Positions 1 to 11,700 of a stretch of 64,000 nucleotides of DNA are shown piece after piece. Positions within the stretch are counted from its first letter, which is position 1, and every line of letters begins with the position of its first letter. The stretch is from Macrostomum hystrix (Eukaryota > Animalia > Platyhelminthes), in the NCBI GenBank assembly GCA_950097015.1, contig CATNEN010000038.1:7254001-7318000 (forward strand), read 5' to 3'. A model generated the notes under the pieces. That model did not search any database, was not told where the DNA came from, and worked only from the letters and a program-made list of their open reading frames with translations. A program made the translations under genes and the position numbers.

Positions 1-505
1 CTCATCAACTGGGTGAGCTGTGAATGCGTTGAATCACCAAGTGGTTGAACTGTGAATGAGTTGCCTCATCAACTGGGTGAGCTGTGAATGAGTTGCCTCA
101 TCAACTGGGTGAGCTGTTAATGAGTTGCCTCATCAACTGGGTGAGCTGTGAATGAGTTGCCTCATCAACTGGGTGAGCTGTGAATGCGTTGAATCACCAA
201 GTGGTTGAACTGTGAATGAGTTGCCTCATCAACTGGGTGAGCTGTGAATGAGTTGCCTCATTAACTGGGTCAGCTGTGAATGAGTTGCCTCATTAACTGG
301 GTCAGCTGTGAATGAGTTGCCTCATTAACTGGGTCAGCTGTGAATGAGTTGCCTCATTAACTGGGTCAGCTGTGAATGAGTTGCCTCATTAACTGGGTCA
401 GCTGTGAATGAGTTGCCTCATTAACTGGGTCAGCTGTGAATGCGTTGCCTCATCAACTGGGTGAGCTGTGAATGAGTTGCCTCATTAACTGGGTCAGCTG
501 TGAAT
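1..505. repeat. Minisatellite, 32-bp unit (CTCATCAACTGGGTGAGCTGTGAATGAGTTGC), truncated by window start
   Basis: Direct tandem periodicity visible. Confidence 0.95.
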
Positions 506-1298
506 CAGTTGGGTCGTTCTCGACCTTGATTTTTGTTACGCATATTCTTGCCGCTGAAAAATGACTGTGATTTATGATCGGATAAAGTTTTTGTGAATTC
601 GGCACGCATATTTACTATTTAAAATCTTTAGCTTAAAAATTTAAATGAAATTATTTTTTCTGACTGTTTAATAAATCAAGCAGCTTTTTGCCATCGTTGT
701 TACATGAGTTCTCTTTTAGATATTTTATTAGAATCTCTGCACTTTAAAGCTAGCCTCGTGAACTTTCTAAGAAATTTAGTTTCTTTTCTGGAAACAAAAA
801 TAAAATTGCTTTTCGAAAATCATTGACTGTCCTTAACTCGGGCGTGATAAAATTAGAAAAATCGTATTTTTCGATGACAAGATTAAGAACTGGGACTTAT
901 TAGACTAATTTTCAAGGCTTTCTGGTTACCTGCAGTAATAATTATTTACCGCATTTTTATCGAAAGGATACTGCAAATACAATAGGAGCATTTGTTGGAA
1001 GTATTGCAGACAACAGTTGAGGAATGAAGGAATTAAGTACATATACATAGATTTTCATGAACATGTTCATACATGAAAAGGTCCATGCATCTCATATTCA
1101 TACACATTGATTTTTAGAGCAGGGAGGATAAGATCGCGCAATAACAAGTAAGCATTATTCGGTCTAAATAAGGTCAAATAAGGTCACAAAGGGTTACTCT
1201 CACAAAATAATCTGGATCACCTGTTTAAAACACAGAATTTTTAACAATAAACTGAATACACAGATTGTATTGTATTTACAACATGTATTTACATTGCA

Positions 1299-1603
1299 GG
1301 TTGTAGCCTAGTGGTTAGGGCGTCGGACTCGCGACTTGAAGGTCGGGGGTTCGATTTCCGACTCCACTGAAACAATTTGTGTTCGTTAGCAAGACACTTA
1401 ACTCTGCATCGTTTCAGATCACCCAGCTGTTAAATGGGTACCAGCATCAGCTGGGATAATTGAAGGTGGGTGTGGCGTCCCCCAGTCCATGGACTGAACA
1501 GCTCTACGCAGCCTTCAGATGCGCTGCGCAATAGCTGCGACTGTGCTGTCGGCTGCACACCTGGCCCGATTGGGGCAGGTGTAATCAATTATTATTATTA
1601 TTA
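1299..1603 (+). mobile_element. tRNA-derived CORE-type SINE (family A), near full length
   Basis: A box TAGCCTAGTGG, B box GGTTCGATTTCC, MIR-like core AGCAAGACACTTAAC...CAGCTGTTAAATGGG, (ATT)n tail; many other copies in the window. Confidence 0.9.
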
Positions 1604-1626
1604 ATTAAAATTGCAGCTTACACTAT

Positions 1627-1664
1627 AAACACCACAGGGGTATTTCAAATACCCCGTGGTGTTT
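1627..1664. repeat. Near-perfect palindrome, probable collapsed MITE remnant
   Basis: AAACACCACAGGGGTATTTCAAATACCCCGTGGTGTTT; same motif as element ends at about 5280-5304, 15197 and 61746. Confidence 0.65.
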
Positions 1665-1792
1665 CCACATGGGAAATAAGCCTGGTAATCTTAATGCCTT
1701 TAATGCCTTTAAAGTTTAAATTCTCGTAGATAATATTTTGTTAATATCGAACTAATCGATATTCGCCAGAACGCGAAAAAAGACGCGTACAG

Positions 1793-2125
<333 letters not shown>

Positions 2126-3195
2126 TCAGATTTATTTCTCGATTCCCGTCTATGCGGTGCGGCTGCACTGAAGGAAGAGCAAACACAGGAAGGGCAAGGA
2201 AGGGCGACTGAGTTTTGTTAGTTCAGAACACCCACTGGAGTGGAGGGAAGCGGGGGTAGAGGCGCGGTGCGGTCAAATACAGTAAAATGAACGGCAGGGG
2301 CAAAGATTGTACTGGCGAGCGGCTGGCTGTTTGCCCATAAAGGAATGGGAAAAAACTGAGGGCAGAGGGAAGAAACGGGAGAGGGGAGAGAGGGATAGCG
2401 AAAATATGGGAGTTAAAACTGGACAAAGTACGCAACTGAATAGAGGCCGGCAGAGGGTGGTGCAGTGCACAGTCGCGAGTACATCCAATCCAACTGAAGA
2501 CGAGTTGGAGAGGCTCGTTGAGGGCTTGGGGTGGTAAATGGAAAAATACTGGCAAAAGAATTGGAGAAATCAATTTGCCTTCTAGCTGTGCAGAGGGGAC
2601 GATCAGCACCAGAAGGTTTGTGTTTTGCTACGGCGAGCTATTTAACTCGTGTTTCTCACGTCGAGGCGGAAAATTCCAATCGATGATATTGCTGGCATAT
2701 GCTTGCATTAACTTTAACGCTTTTTATTTCAAACAAAACTGCGTCATTATCCGTTCAACAAGCAACTAAAAAATAATGATTTGTAAAAAACGAACAAAAT
2801 TTTCGAGCTACGAATACCTGTGTAACACGTAAAATATCAGTCTAAATTCCTTTCCTAAGTGACAGAAAAATATTAAGCTTTTATTGAATCACAATAAAAA
2901 GAAACGCACCGTGCTACTGCTCAAGCCTTTCCTAAGTAGTGCATCGCGCCTTGAATTAATATTAAGAGACTATTACTTATTACCAAAACAGATGCCAGCT
3001 GTGCGAGAGTCGTGGAGAGTAAAAATCATCACTGTTCCGATTTTGAAGCTACGAGTATACGAAGAGTTTGTACTTTGCAATGCTTCGATTGTGCGGTAAA
3101 CGTAAGTAATTTTTTTCGTTGAGGACTCTTTGTCATCCATTTTTGTCAATAATTATTTACTGGTTTTGTACGGCCCTGTAATCTGCCCGTGTTAG

Positions 3196-4248
3196 TTAGA
3201 TTCCATTGTCACCACCCGCTTCGTTGGACCAGCATCGACAAAGCAGGGACCTGTAGCGGCAGCGGAACTTTTTGCCAATCAGGTAAGGTAGCCAGTTCAG
3301 AGCTGGGTTCAGGTAAATCAGGTGATTGAGTAGCACTAGGAGTCGATGCACATTGCCGGTGCAGGTCAAGAGGCCTAGATGCTCCATCAGCTTCATGGCG
3401 GTGAAAGGCGCCTCGCAGACAATGAAGATCACGCTGGTAGAAACGAAAATGCGCGTCTGAGCTGAGGCAGCCGCCACCGCCGGGTGGCTCTCGCTGATTT
3501 CGTTCGCCGCCCGATTCTGAGCGATGGAGCCCTTGATGCTGCGCTGGCTGCGCCTCAGGCTGGCGAGAATAACAACCAGAGAGACCAGCAGAACGGCCAG
3601 CACCAGCAGCCTCGAGGCGAACACAGTGTACAGTCGGTACACCAGCTCGATCCAGTCGTCATGAAACATACACCGAGCCCGCTGGCTGTTCCAGTAGGTG
3701 CTGGCCACGCGGATGCAGGGCACGAAACTCAGCAGCAGAAGCAGCGCCTGCCACAGCCCGATGTTGCGCCGGCGAAGCAGAGTCCGCTGCCTCAACGGGG
3801 CCAGCGTGACGACCAGCGAGGGCAGGCAGAAGCCCAGACGAAGGAACGGACTGCCGTGCAGCAGCCACAGGGTGGCCAGGTAGTACGCTACGCACACCTG
3901 GTAGGTGCTCTGAGTCCGGTAGTTTGGTACGTTCAGTGCTCGGCCAAGCACTGCGGGTGCCAGATAGTGTGTGACAGACTTCCCGCCAACTAGCAGCAGG
4001 TCTGCGCAGCAGGTGACGATCATGCTGAGGCGCAGGGAGAACGGAAAGCACTTCGGGTGGCGCAGCAGCACCAGCAGGCAGCTGGCTTTGCCCCACATGC
4101 CTAGAAACATCATCAGCGGGAATAGCCATGAGAAGACGTGCACGTGAAACGAAACGTAAGCGACCTTCTGCCACGATGGCAGCTCGTCTGCTGAGGAGTT
4201 TGCAGACAGGTTCTGGCTTGGAGCTTCCAGCGGCTCTGTCTCTGCCAT
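3196..4248 (-). CDS. Divergent single-exon class A 7TM GPCR (peptide/chemoreceptor-like, Srw/FMRFamide-receptor-like)
   Basis: Seven hydrophobic segments, TM2 CADLL, TM6 FIVCEAP, TM7 LNPALNWLPY followed by GKKFR, N-terminal N-glycosylation sequons; an upstream in-frame ATG at 4344 is also possible. Confidence 0.8.
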   Translation of the reverse strand: MAETEPLEAPSQNLSANSSADELPSWQKVAYVSFHVHVFSWLFPLMMFLGMWGKASCLLVLLRHPKCFPFSLRLSMIVTCCADLLLVGGKSVTHYLAPAVLGRALNVPNYRTQSTYQVCVAYYLATLWLLHGSPFLRLGFCLPSLVVTLAPLRQRTLLRRRNIGLWQALLLLLSFVPCIRVASTYWNSQRARCMFHDDWIELVYRLYTVFASRLLVLAVLLVSLVVILASLRRSQRSIKGSIAQNRAANEISESHPAVAAASAQTRIFVSTSVIFIVCEAPFTAMKLMEHLGLLTCTGNVHRLLVLLNHLIYLNPALNWLPYLIGKKFRCRYRSLLCRCWSNEAGGDNGI

Positions 4249-4471
4249 CCTTATTTGAGCAGCTTTTCTGTGAGAAACTTTAATGGAGCGAGCTATTGGG
4301 GAGCAATTATACGGTACATCGGAGTAAGGGCTAGCCGCTTGCATGTAACCAGCTCATCTCAGACTCATGAGACGGCAGGGGACTCGCTGATTGGGCCTAA
4401 GCCAGTCCGGGTCAGTTTGCGTGTATCGAAAGCATTTTAAGCATGCAATCATTGTAGCTCTTAACAGTAGG

Positions 4472-5304
4472 AAGACCCGCTATTTTCTCCCTTGGGAAAA
4501 TACCCGCTGCCAACTTCCCGACAGCTCCCAAACCAAATGACCGATATTCGTGAAAGTCCACCTTATGGATCGCAAACTTTTACATTTTTAAGTCCCCCAA
4601 CGTCAGCGTCGTTGAGATATTCAACGATTCTTGTGGAAGACCCTCGAAACAAGGACAAGTAGCATTTTTGTGTGTAAGCTTAATGGTGAATCCGTAAAGG
4701 TAATGTCATAATTAACAATATTATCGATGCAATATAAACAACAGTAATAGCCGCTATAGTTTCATGATGAAATTTTGTAGGAAGAAAAATTATGCCTCTA
4801 TTTGTGGTTTTTTCTGACACCAGACGAGAATCTTTGACTATCTCGACGATGTTGTGTGATTCTGAAAGCTGTTTTTATCGGATAGAGCCGAAAATTTTAG
4901 CTAGGTGTTCTGGATTTTCGTGGAAATTGGTTGAATATATATTTGATATAATTAATAATATAATAGTTGATTACACCTGCCCCTATAGGGTCAGATGTGC
5001 AGCTGACAGCACAGCCGCAGCTATTGCGCGGCGCATCTGAAGGCTGCGTACAGCTGTTCAGTCCATGGACTGGGCGGACGCCACACCCACCCTCTATTAC
5101 CCCAGCTAATGCTGGCACCCATTTAACAGCTGGGTGAACTGAAGCTGAGTTAAGTGTCTTGCTAACGGACACAAATTATTCCAGTGGAGTCGGGAAACGA
5201 ACCCCCGACCTTCAAGTCGTGAGTCCGACGCCCTAACCACTAGGCTGCAGAATACGGAATACAGAAATAAGAAAATCGGGCTATTTAAAATGCCCCGTGG
5301 TCTT
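4472..5304. mobile_element. Non-autonomous DNA element (MITE-like) interrupted by a SINE A copy
   Basis: Ends AAGACC... and ...GCCCCGTGGTCTT; internal sequence similar to 15197-16010, 52105-52177 and 61746-62027. Confidence 0.55.
4958..5250 (-). mobile_element. SINE family A copy
   Basis: Reverse complement closely matches 1299-1603. Confidence 0.9.
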
Positions 5305-6788
5305 GCTGCTGTGAATCAGGCAAAGAGAGCCACAGACGCTAATCTGGGATTAACGAAGGATTTTGCTCTTATCAGGTAGACATTAGCTCAGCATAGAATG
5401 GAAGTCAGGAACACTTTTACAGTTATCTCAAGCTTAAAAGTACAATTCTACTCAATGCTTTTAAAGCTCGTTCTGATCTGACGTTGATCACATGATAGAG
5501 TATGAGTATGAATTTAATTACTGTTATCACCTGTTCAGACCAAATGATAAGCATTGCAGATCGCTGGCAATCGTGACAGTCTAGAGTTGCCACTGCCTAC
5601 TGATTAGCAGAACTCAGGCAATCCAATGCCCCAGTCATGCTTTCTGACAAACTCAAATACTATTAACGGGAGCCAGAAACTTCTAATGCGAAAATAAAAA
5701 CTGCAGTGGTGAGCATAGCCTCAAGATTCTGTACCAGTAGCCCCAGACCCAGGTGCCAAAATCAAGGCCAGGGTAGCGATTCCCAAATCAAGCTTGGCTT
5801 TCCTACTCTGAAACACCCAGAAACTTTGAAAAAAAACACCTAACAATGACTGCAACTGTTGCCGCTAGTAAGCAGTTTTCTGAAAATTGTCTTTCTAAGA
5901 AAAAAGTCGGAAAATCAACTGTGCCGGTCAGCCAGCAGACTCAGGACACGCAACACCGACAATCAGAAGATTTACTTGTCGAACACGCAGCCCAGATGTT
6001 GTCACGGTCTCTTCCTAAATCAGATGGCATGCGTTCACCTAATTCTACCATGGCCTTTGACTTAGCTTTGACTTTGCTGACGAGCAGAAACTGCTGGTAG
6101 ACGAGGAACCTTTCTGTTCGCTCCAGGCATCATTCATGATTTTGGGTGTGTCTCGTGGGAGCAGTGCCGGTTGGTCGCATAAAGAAAATTTAAACTGCAT
6201 CCTTTGGGATTATTCGCAAAATGACATCCTCAGGAGAAAGTCAAAATGAGGTCGGGCAGTTTCTCAGGGTCCAGTAACAGTAGCCCGTGGGGTATTGATT
6301 ACGGTATCCCGGTCTTGACTGCAGAAAGGCACTTACAGGATGCTCAAACATTCTCCAGTGATAATCTAATTCGCTAGCCTAGACAGGGATTTCTACAGTT
6401 GTAAGAATAAAATTTCAATTGAGCTATTTTGAACTGCCCGAGGGAGACAAGTCTGAGCACAGAGGTAATGGCAGCTTCTGAAGAAACGCTGGAGTGCGTA
6501 AGCATCTCCTACTTGGTGTTTGTGCACTTTTGCAATCACTGGCGCTTAATTACCCTAGCAAAGCTGAGTGCAGTTAGAGCGAGAACTCTTATAAGTTCGT
6601 TTAGCCACGCAAAATATTGCTGAAACAGAAATTCAATACGAAACTCCTGCCTGCATGGACTTTAGTGACAGTTGAAGAGATGTACAGCACAACGGCAGCG
6701 CTCTGGACTATTGAATGGTTTCACACTATAGGGCAGGCCATAGACGAAAGCTTTAAAATCCGCACCAGAAGGTCCTACACTTTTTTCT

Positions 6789-7526
6789 AAGGACCACTAG
6801 AGGAAAAAGGACGGGACACGTTATTTCTTGGAAAATTTAATAAAGGTTGATTTTTACGGAAAATGCACTGGTGGCATTGGAACTTTTCCCGATGACGATG
6901 ATGCTGGAACTTTTCACATTGAAATACTTTTTGTACCTTTTTATTGGAAGTAGATCCAATGCTGTTCTTTTAATATGTCGTGCAAAACATGTTGCATGTC
7001 GTAATACACTTATACTTGATTAGAGTGTGACTGTAAAATTATGTTAGTCACGAGACAGTTTTTGACTAGCTATTGTGCCTCATGATATCGAAATGAAAAT
7101 CAATTATTCATGAATGAAGTGTTTGTAAAATTCGTTCAAGCAACATAGTTTGTAAGATACGCTCGTATATTAAAAGAACAGGACCTCCTTGCTGTAGGAA
7201 CTGTTTGTAGTCGATAGCCGAAATAACACAAGAGCGATTTCAATGCGATTCAGTATATTTTATAACAGCCGAGTTGAGCTGGGGTGGCGGCTAAAGCCGC
7301 ACCCCGTACATCAGTTAACGTGCGTGCCAAGGGGGGTAGAAAGGTGGCAGAGAGAAAGACGCAGGACGCCGCCAACCCCACGCACGCGTGACGGCTGGCG
7401 CCGCCTACACTTGCAATATAAAGTTATCAACAGTTCCAATGTGAAAAAAGTGAAAAGTTCCAATGTCCGCTAGTGCATTTTCCGTGAAAATCTGCCTTTT
7501 AATAAATTTTCCTTCTAGTGGTCTTT
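6789..7526. mobile_element. MITE with roughly 100-bp terminal inverted repeats
   Basis: Left AAGGACCACTAG...GGAAAATGCACTGGTGGCATTGGAACTTTT is the inverted counterpart of right AAAAGTTCCAATGTCCGCTAGTGCATTTTCC...CTAGTGGTCTTT. Confidence 0.8.
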
Positions 7527-7827
7527 GCTTCTTTCATCAATTTTCAACACACCCGATATTTAGACAGTTCATTTTCAACATTGTACGAGTATTTAAAAAC
7601 TAGTTGAGTATTCAAATCTTTCAAACGCAAATCTAATTTAACCAGCAGACATTCGATTTCAACAGTGATTATTATATTTCGACTTGTGCTTTTCTGTCTA
7701 TGGTAAAATCTCCAGCTCTGACGCAAAGCTCACATTCAAAGTAATAGACAGCCGCCATTCTTTTTAGACGAATCGCCGGGTAGTCGCTAAAGACTTTCAG
7801 CAGCCTGGACTTCTGCGAGCCCCAGCA

Positions 7828-8061
7828 ATGCTACTCGTAGTAGCTGCAACACTCTTATCTGCCGCTGTGTTAAGTACTCCAGCTGAAGGTCGTCTGAAGA
7901 CTGAAGACAGCGCGGCTGTCTGGGGCGACCTGTGCGACATGCTGCATGTGTACCAGTTCCAGACCCAAGCAGCATGTGACAGCTATCACGGTTGCGGTCG
8001 AGTAGGTACTCAGGGCGTTTGTCAGCGCTACAAGTCAATGTTCCGCTGCTACTGCTACTGA
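7828..8061 (+). CDS. Small secreted cysteine-rich peptide, CS-alpha-beta defensin-like
   Basis: ATG, signal peptide ending AEG, six Cys (C-x13-C-x5-C-x8-C-x8-C-x-C), GxC gamma-core and terminal CYCY; GC-rich coding island in AT-rich DNA. Confidence 0.72.
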   Translation: MLLVVAATLLSAAVLSTPAEGRLKTEDSAAVWGDLCDMLHVYQFQTQAACDSYHGCGRVGTQGVCQRYKSMFRCYCY

Positions 8062-8254
8062 CTATTAACTTTTAAGTGGCTGAATACTCCCCAATATTAA
8101 CACCTGTTCCATTTCATCACTTATTCCTGCCTATGGAAACAATATATAGTACAGAAAGAATTTGTTCGCTATGTAAATACATTGTTTATTGAGATAATTA
8201 AAGCATGATTTATTAAAAGTAATTATTTTTATTTATACTAATTTGTTACACATT

Positions 8255-8420
8255 TGGGCAGCTGACAGCACAGCACACGACGCCACAAGAAGATCTCAAT
8301 TGCCCCGCAGATGCTGGAACCCATTTAACAGTTGGGTGAACTGAAGCAATGCAGAGTCAAGTGTCTTGCTGAAGGACACAAATTGCTCCAGTGGAGTATA
8401 GAATCCAACCCGCGACCTTC
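8255..8420 (-). mobile_element. SINE family A fragment
   Basis: CCCATTTAACAGTTGGGTGAAC...AAGTGTCTTGCT...CCAGTGGAGT matches the family core and head. Confidence 0.7.
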
Positions 8421-8743
8421 GAACAACAATCTACTGTAGCTGCTCATAAACACATTTTAATAAAGAGCCGTATAAGTAGGCGCTTAAAATTCTTATACAC
8501 TGACGTCTTAGAGTTGTAACTTTACAAATAAAAAACTTGGAAAAAATTAAAAATCTATTTATTTGATCAGCAAAAAATATACAAGAGTAGTTTTCAGTAC
8601 ATACGCGTACAAAGAAATTCATAGTAACTTTTGCGTAAATCTTTTCTAAAAAACTTACCTGCTCAAACTTACCTGCCAAAACTTACCCCCGGAGTAGCTT
8701 CTCAGTGGCGCACTGAAATCAGCGGTTCTCGCGGTCATTTTAC

Positions 8744-11700
8744 CTGCGCAGTGCGGCGGCCCGACGCTCGGCTGCCAGAATGCCGAGAAGTTCGCGCCGG
8801 CGGTGCAGTTGAGCAGCACGCTGCTGCCAGGCGAGGAGGCGTTCGCTCGGCAGACGAAGGCCACCCGGTCTCCCACCCGGAACGGGCCGGACACCTGCTC
8901 GGACAGGTTGCTGGCGTTCAGAGGCCCCGACAGCACGCTGGGGTCGAGACCGAACTGGCTGTCGGAGCACGTGACAGGCTGGCAGCTCAGCGATCCGCTG
9001 GCCTGCCACTGTGGACCTGGGACCGGCGGGTTGGGGCCAACTCAAAACGTGTTAAGGAGTAGCTTGGATGTGAGCCTCCGCTTAATTGGACCCCGTTTTC
9101 GCTTTCGCTGGACGTTTTACTATAATTTTACATCAATTAAACTTCTCATCCACGAAATTTCATATCCCAAAATTTACACCCCTAGATTCTGCATCCCAAA
9201 AATTCCACATCCACAAAGTCCACATTCCCAAATTCCACATCCCCAAAGTTTACATCCCTAAATTCCCCCAACCTAAATTTCATATCCAAAAATTCACATC
9301 CCTGAAATTTCCATCCCTGAATTGCACATCCCAAATTTCACATCCCAAATTTCACATCCCAAAATTCACATCCCTGAAATTTCCATCCCTGAATTGCACA
9401 TCCCAAATTTCACATCCCAAATTTCACATCCCAAAATTCACATCCCTGAAATTTCCATCCCTGAAATTTCCATCCCTCAATTTCCACATCCCTAAATGTC
9501 CCGGATTTTAAATCTTAAAATTTTATTTTGTTCCCCGAATTTCATATTTTTCTAACTAATGGCATTCACTTTCCGTTTATTTGTCTTTTATAGCTCTTGT
9601 CATAGTTAGGCAGTTACAGTTTGAGAGGATTAAAAGAACATTTAATCAAGAAAATGGAACTTCGGATGAAGCAGTGTCCCAATGACATTGTGCGTGTTCA
9701 ATAATTCCCGTAAGATTCAATTTTGAGTCCCCCATTGTGCCACTGGCTTGTATAATCTGGTCTGGAGAACCCCAGTCATTGTTTGCTTTATGCATCATTA
9801 TTCCATTTCGTGACATGATCAATACATGCGTACTCTTGCATTTGCCTCACTAAATAAAAGCTCTCAGCCGACAAAGGCTGGAGAAATGCTTTAAAAACTA
9901 AGTACTTTGACTAGTAACTCATTCATGCAGCTGTCTACCATGACTTTTTGTCATTTGTCTGACAGATCTAGCTCTTCATCTCAGAATCCCCATGTCCACA
10001 GACAAGCAAATTATTTGCATAACCATCCACCATTGCACACAACCCACTTCACAGCTGGATTAGTAAGGATCACCTATTCCTGCACAGCTGGATTAGTAAG
10101 GATCACCTATTCCTGCACAGCTGGATTAGTAAGGATCACCTATTCCTGCACAGCTGGATTAGTAAGGATCACCTATTCCTGCACAGCTGGATTAGTAAGG
10201 ATCACCTATTCCTGCACAGCTGGATTAGTAAGGATCACCTATTCCTGCACAGCTGGATTAGTAAGGATCACCTATTCCTGCACAGCTGGATTAGTAAGGA
10301 TCACCTATTCCTGCACAGCTGGATTAGTAAGGATCACCTATTCCTGCACAGCTGGATTAGTAAGGATCGCCTATTCCTGCACAGCTGGATTAGTAAGGAT
10401 CGCCTATTCCTGCACAGCTGGATTAGTAAGGATCACCTATTCCTGCACAGCTGGATTAGTAAGGATCACCTATTCCTGCACAGCTGGATTAGTAAGGATC
10501 ACCTATTCCTGCACAGCTGGATTAGTAAGGATCACCTATTCCTGCACAGCTGGATTAGTAAGGATCACCTATTCCTGCACAGCTGGATTAGTAAGGATCA
10601 CCTATTCCTGCACAGCTGGATTAGTAAGGATCACCTATTCCTGCACAGCTGGATTAGTAAGGATCACCTATTCCTGCACAGCTGGATTAGTAAGGATCGC
10701 CTATTCCTGCACAGCTGGATTAGTAAGGATCGCCTATTCCTGCACAGCTGGATTAGTAAGGATCACCTATTCCTGCACAGCTGGATTAGTAAGGATCACC
10801 TATTCCTGCACAGCTGGATTAGTAAGGATCACCTATTCCTGCACAGCTGGATTAGTAAGGATCACCTATTCCTGCACAGCTGGATTAGTAAGGATCACCT
10901 ATTCCTGCACAGCTGGATTAGTAAGGATCACCTATTCCTGCACAGCTGGATTAGTAAGGATCACCTATTCCTGCACAGCTGGATTAGTAAGGATCACCTA
11001 TTCCTGCACAGCTGGATTAGTAAGGATCACCTATTCCTGCACAGCTGGATTAGTAAGGATCACCTATTCCTGCACAGCTGGATTAGTAAGGATCACCTAT
11101 TCCTGCACAGCTGGATTAGTAAGGATCACCTATTCCTGCACAGCTGGATTAGTAAGGATCACCTATTCCTGCACAGCTGGATTAGTAAGGATCACCTATT
11201 CCTGCACTTTTTCAAGAGCTGACAACAATAAAATGAAGGAAAAGCAAACTAAGCAAAAGGACACACTTTTAGCCTAGGAGCAATGTTCCTCCACTCACCC
11301 AGCCGGCAGGTGGCCGTGCGCGAGTTCTCCATCGCGTCCTCGAAGCGGCTGTTGGGCCAGCAGGTGACGTTGGCTGTGCTGTTCACTGGCAGGTAGACTC
11401 GGCCGTCGCTCAAGGTCACGTTGCCCAGGTTGTTGCTGGGCAGGACAGTCGATCTCGTCAGGTTGTTCGGCAGCAGGCAGGGCTTCGGCTGGCACAGCAT
11501 CTCGGACGTCGCCGAGAGGGGCAGGTCGAGCACCGTCCAGTCGCCGGTGTTGCAGACAGCCAGCAGGGAGGCCTGGGAGTCACCCTGCAGACTCGAGTTC
11601 GGAGCCAGCGGGGCGAAGGCGCTGGACAGGCAGGACACGTTGGCGGCGAGGTCGGGGGCGGTGAAGGAGCTCGAGGGGAAGACGACCTGTCCGAAGCCCA

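Noticed and set aside
1-505. CRISPR-like array of 32-bp repeats (also other 29-35 bp arrays)
   Set aside because: Units are head-to-tail with no unique spacers, no cas genes, eukaryotic context
1299-1370. tRNA gene
   Set aside because: No acceptor stem or poly-T terminator, anticodon differs between copies, continues into SINE body
5400-6700. Possible further exons or decayed transposon ORFs
   Set aside because: Short frames with no motif I can recognise
9907-11277. 456-aa ORF of TAGLVRITYSC repeats
   Set aside because: Stop-free frame of a 33-bp satellite, antisense within an intron, non-ATG start
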